From Candidatus Parcubacteria bacterium (GTDB taxonomy: Bacteria > Patescibacteriota > Saccharimonadia > UBA4664 > JBIOIQ01): DNA of 64,000 nt. Both the position numbers and the translations under genes were made by a program. Location: assembly GCA_963718875.1 (NCBI GenBank), contig OY970378.1, positions 388,631 to 452,630 on the forward strand. The letters are read 5' to 3'. The stretch's first letter is position 1. Each line of letters begins with the position of its first letter. The notes under the pieces are model-generated. The model saw only the letters and a list, made by a program, of their open reading frames with translations, had not been told where the DNA came from and made no database searches. This document shows, piece after piece, positions 61,411-64,000 of the stretch.

Positions 61411-61518
61411 CCGGTGCTTTTGGCGAGGAGGATACACCGGTTCCCATCCCGAACACCGAAGTTAAGCTCCTCAGCGGCGATGATACTGCATATAGCGGGA
61501 AAGTAGCACGGTGCCGGA
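61411..61518 (+). rRNA. rrf: 5S rRNA
   Basis: CCCATCCCGAACACCGAAGTTAAG, GATGATACTG; terminal CCGG pairing. Confidence 0.95.
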
Positions 61519-61524
61519 TTAATC

Positions 61525-61552
61525 AAAAACCATCGCGAACGCGGTGGTTTTT
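61525..61552 (+). terminator. rRNA terminator
   Basis: AAAAACCATCGCG-AA-CGCGGTGGTTTTT. Confidence 0.8.
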
Positions 61553-61857
61553 GGCGTTTTAGCTTAAGATTGTTTTTTTTGTCACTTTTTGGACAGCAAA
61601 AGGTGACGCCAGTCCGTCAGCTGACGGTTGGCCGAGCGCGTCCAAACACGGTGCTCTCATTATCAACTTTGGCTTATTGCCCTGCGGGACTCGCCCTCCT
61701 AGTGTCGGGACTCAAATAGTCCTCGGGCGGATACAATAAAACAATCTAGACTAAGCCAAGTCGATCCTTCGCTACCGGTTTGTCCGAAGCTCGGGACTTT
61801 TTTGAAGTTGTTTTTTGCTTAGCTTTATGCGAAGTTGGGAGAGATAATTGGATGTAT

Positions 61858-62180
61858 ATGCCAGAAAAATCAGGTTCTAATTTTGAAGGGTCGGGGACTC
61901 AGAGAAAGAAGCAGCTATTCAGAGGGCCGAAGAGTACAGCGACGAGGTACGCGAGCTGAGCGCATTGCTAGAGACAACCAGGCGTTGGGCGCGATCAGCA
62001 GGTACTAACGATGCTCACGAGGCTGTATTTTTAGCAGCCTCTGCGCAGGGGAGTGCTCTGCTAGGAGCAACGTTAGAGATTGAGCGCGGACTAGCTGCTG
62101 ACCTAAATGCGGGGTGGCGAGCGGCTGCTAAATCGGATATTGAAAATATACGACAATTACTGCCGGACTTTTTGCGTTAG
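61858..62180 (+). pseudogene. Hypothetical helical protein, apparently frameshifted at GGGG near 61895
   Basis: One extra G joins MPEKSGSNFEGSG to DSEKEAAIQRAEEY...LPDFLR. Confidence 0.45.
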
Positions 62181-62338
62181 CTGAATGTTTGAATAGTCTA
62201 GCTACTCGTATCGTGGCTTTCTATGTCGGCTCATAGTTCTTTCTCCATTCTTCGTATGCCTATGATTGTACTTTCGCCTTTTGTTCGGTATAATTACCGT
62301 GAGGGTTGTTTTACAATTAAGGCAACAGGGAGCAAAAA

Positions 62339-62629
62339 GTGAACGAGGCAAAGATAGATAAGTTAATTGATAGTGTGGGGACCCTTGGTGGGGAGATGAC
62401 CCAGCTTGCATCTGATAATATGCGGACGCAAGTTTTAATGGAGGAATTGAGGTCTCAGAATGAGGCGGTCTTGGAATATGTTAAAGATATACCTGAGATC
62501 AAAGACCGTTTGACAAAAGTCGAAGAAAAGATTGATGGGCTAGCTGTAGAAATGCGGTTAGTGAAAGGTGTCGTTCGAGAGCATTCAGCTGATATGACCG
62601 AGCTAAAAAGTAAATCGCACAGTCATTAA
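62339..62629 (+). CDS. Coiled-coil hypothetical protein
   Basis: SD AGGGAG, heptad pattern. Confidence 0.65.
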   Translation: MNEAKIDKLIDSVGTLGGEMTQLASDNMRTQVLMEELRSQNEAVLEYVKDIPEIKDRLTKVEEKIDGLAVEMRLVKGVVREHSADMTELKSKSHSH

Positions 62630-62631
62630 GG

Positions 62632-63891
62632 ATGAAAGTACTAATCATCGGCAGCGGCGGTAGAGAGCATGCACTGGCTTGGAAGATTGCACAATCGTCC
62701 AAGCTAACCAAATTATATATTGCACCAGGTAATCCCGGGACGGCGGAGGTGGGCGAGAATATCGATATCAAAGTTACCGATATTTCAGGCTTGGTAGAGT
62801 TTGCCAAAGCTAATCAGATTGGACTAACGGTGGTTGGGCCAGATGATGTTTTGGCGGCTGGTGCGGTAGACGCTTTTAGGGTTGAAGGTTTGCGCATTTT
62901 TGGGCCAACCAAAGAAGCAGCCAAAATTGAATGGAGTAAAGTTTTTGCTAAGCAATTTATGGCTGAGAATGATGTGCCGACGGCTGAATTTAGGACATTT
63001 GACGATTACAAAGTGGCAAGTGAGTATTTGAGTGCACATGCGCTACCAGTTGTTATAAAAGCTAGTGGCTTGGCCCTGGGCAAAGGCGTGACTATATGTC
63101 AGTCTCAGGATGAAGCTCAAAAGGTTTTGCGGAGCGTGATGGTAGAAAAGATTTTTGGTGATGCTGGTAATAGCGTGGTAATTGAGGAGTGTTTAACAGG
63201 AGAAGAAGTTTCTATCCATGCTCTGAGCGATGGGAGTAATAGTGTAGTTTTTCCGGTGTCTCAAGATCACAAGCCTATTTTTGAAGGCAATAAAGGTCCA
63301 AATACGGGTGGCATGGGGACATATGTACCAGTACCATGGGTAGATTCGGCTGAACTAGCCGATATTAAGCGTAAAGTGGTTGATCCAGTTGTCCCTGGGT
63401 ATGTGGGGTGCATATATCCGGGATTGATGGGAAAGCCTCCAAAAGTTATTGAGTATAATGCTCGGTTTGGGGATCCTGAGACACAATCCTATGTACGCCT
63501 ATTGAAAACTGATTTATTGGAGCTACTTGAAGCATGCGTAGATGGCCGTTTGGCTGAGGTTGGGGTTAAGTGGCGCGACGGTTCAGCCGTTTGTGTGGTT
63601 TTGGCTTCAGGGGGATATCCGGGGACATACGAGAGGGAAAAACTGATTAATGGTTTAGCAGAGGCTCAAATTGATCCTGACGTAATTGTTTTTCAGGCAG
63701 GGACTATTATGACGGCGAATGGGTTGCTTACAGCTGGCGGAAGGGTGCTGAACGTAACGGCTACCGGTCAAACACTGCAAGAGGCTCGAGATAAAGCCTA
63801 TGCTGCGGCGGCTAAGATTCAATTCGAGGGGGTGTATTTCCGCAAGGATATTGGGCTAAAGGGTGTCGAGTGGAGCGCTAAACAAGCGTAA
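62632..63891 (+). CDS. purD: Phosphoribosylamine-glycine ligase
   Basis: IGSGGREHALAW, KASGLALGKGV, GPNTGGMG, EYNARFGDPE. Confidence 0.96.
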   Translation: MKVLIIGSGGREHALAWKIAQSSKLTKLYIAPGNPGTAEVGENIDIKVTDISGLVEFAKANQIGLTVVGPDDVLAAGAVDAFRVEGLRIFGPTKEAAKIEWSKVFAKQFMAENDVPTAEFRTFDDYKVASEYLSAHALPVVIKASGLALGKGVTICQSQDEAQKVLRSVMVEKIFGDAGNSVVIEECLTGEEVSIHALSDGSNSVVFPVSQDHKPIFEGNKGPNTGGMGTYVPVPWVDSAELADIKRKVVDPVVPGYVGCIYPGLMGKPPKVIEYNARFGDPETQSYVRLLKTDLLELLEACVDGRLAEVGVKWRDGSAVCVVLASGGYPGTYEREKLINGLAEAQIDPDVIVFQAGTIMTANGLLTAGGRVLNVTATGQTLQEARDKAYAAAAKIQFEGVYFRKDIGLKGVEWSAKQA

Positions 63892-64000
63892 GCGGCTTGA
63901 AAAAATAGCTGCTTTGGTGCAAAATGTTACTAGTGAAAACTAATACTAGTTTGACTCCGATTCAGCGCTTTAGTCCTTTTATAATGGCGGCTTTGGTGGT

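Overview
The gene set, the leaderless extended -10 promoters and the insertion-bearing rRNAs point to a small-genome Patescibacteria (CPR) bacterium; this taxonomy is inferred, not searched. Housekeeping genes: UvrD-nuclease, Clp ATPase, rmuC, trpS, pheST, gyrBA, purD, three tRNAs, and a 16S gene separated from 23S-5S by about 9.4 kb. Highlights: (1) a tryptophan-sensing locus with a divergent TrpR-like repressor, a Trp T-box with an ultrashort Stem I, a Trp-terminated 7-aa leader peptide, an unannotated 56-aa Cys-containing protein and an M14-type peptidase ahead of trpS, architecturally like the B. subtilis anti-TRAP operon; (2) a five-gene secreted N/T/S/G-repeat operon resembling an uncharacterised fibre/amyloid system; (3) a ~380-nt multi-branched orphan ncRNA candidate; (4) a free-standing 41-aa peptide resembling the RNR C-terminal redox tail; (5) four tandem winged-helix-like ORFans; (6) rRNA insertions sharing sequence with chromosomal repeats; (7) a MITE-like element, an Aas-like lipid-scavenging module and an NDT-HD fusion. 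All calls come from reading the sequence and motifs by eye; no database searches were run.
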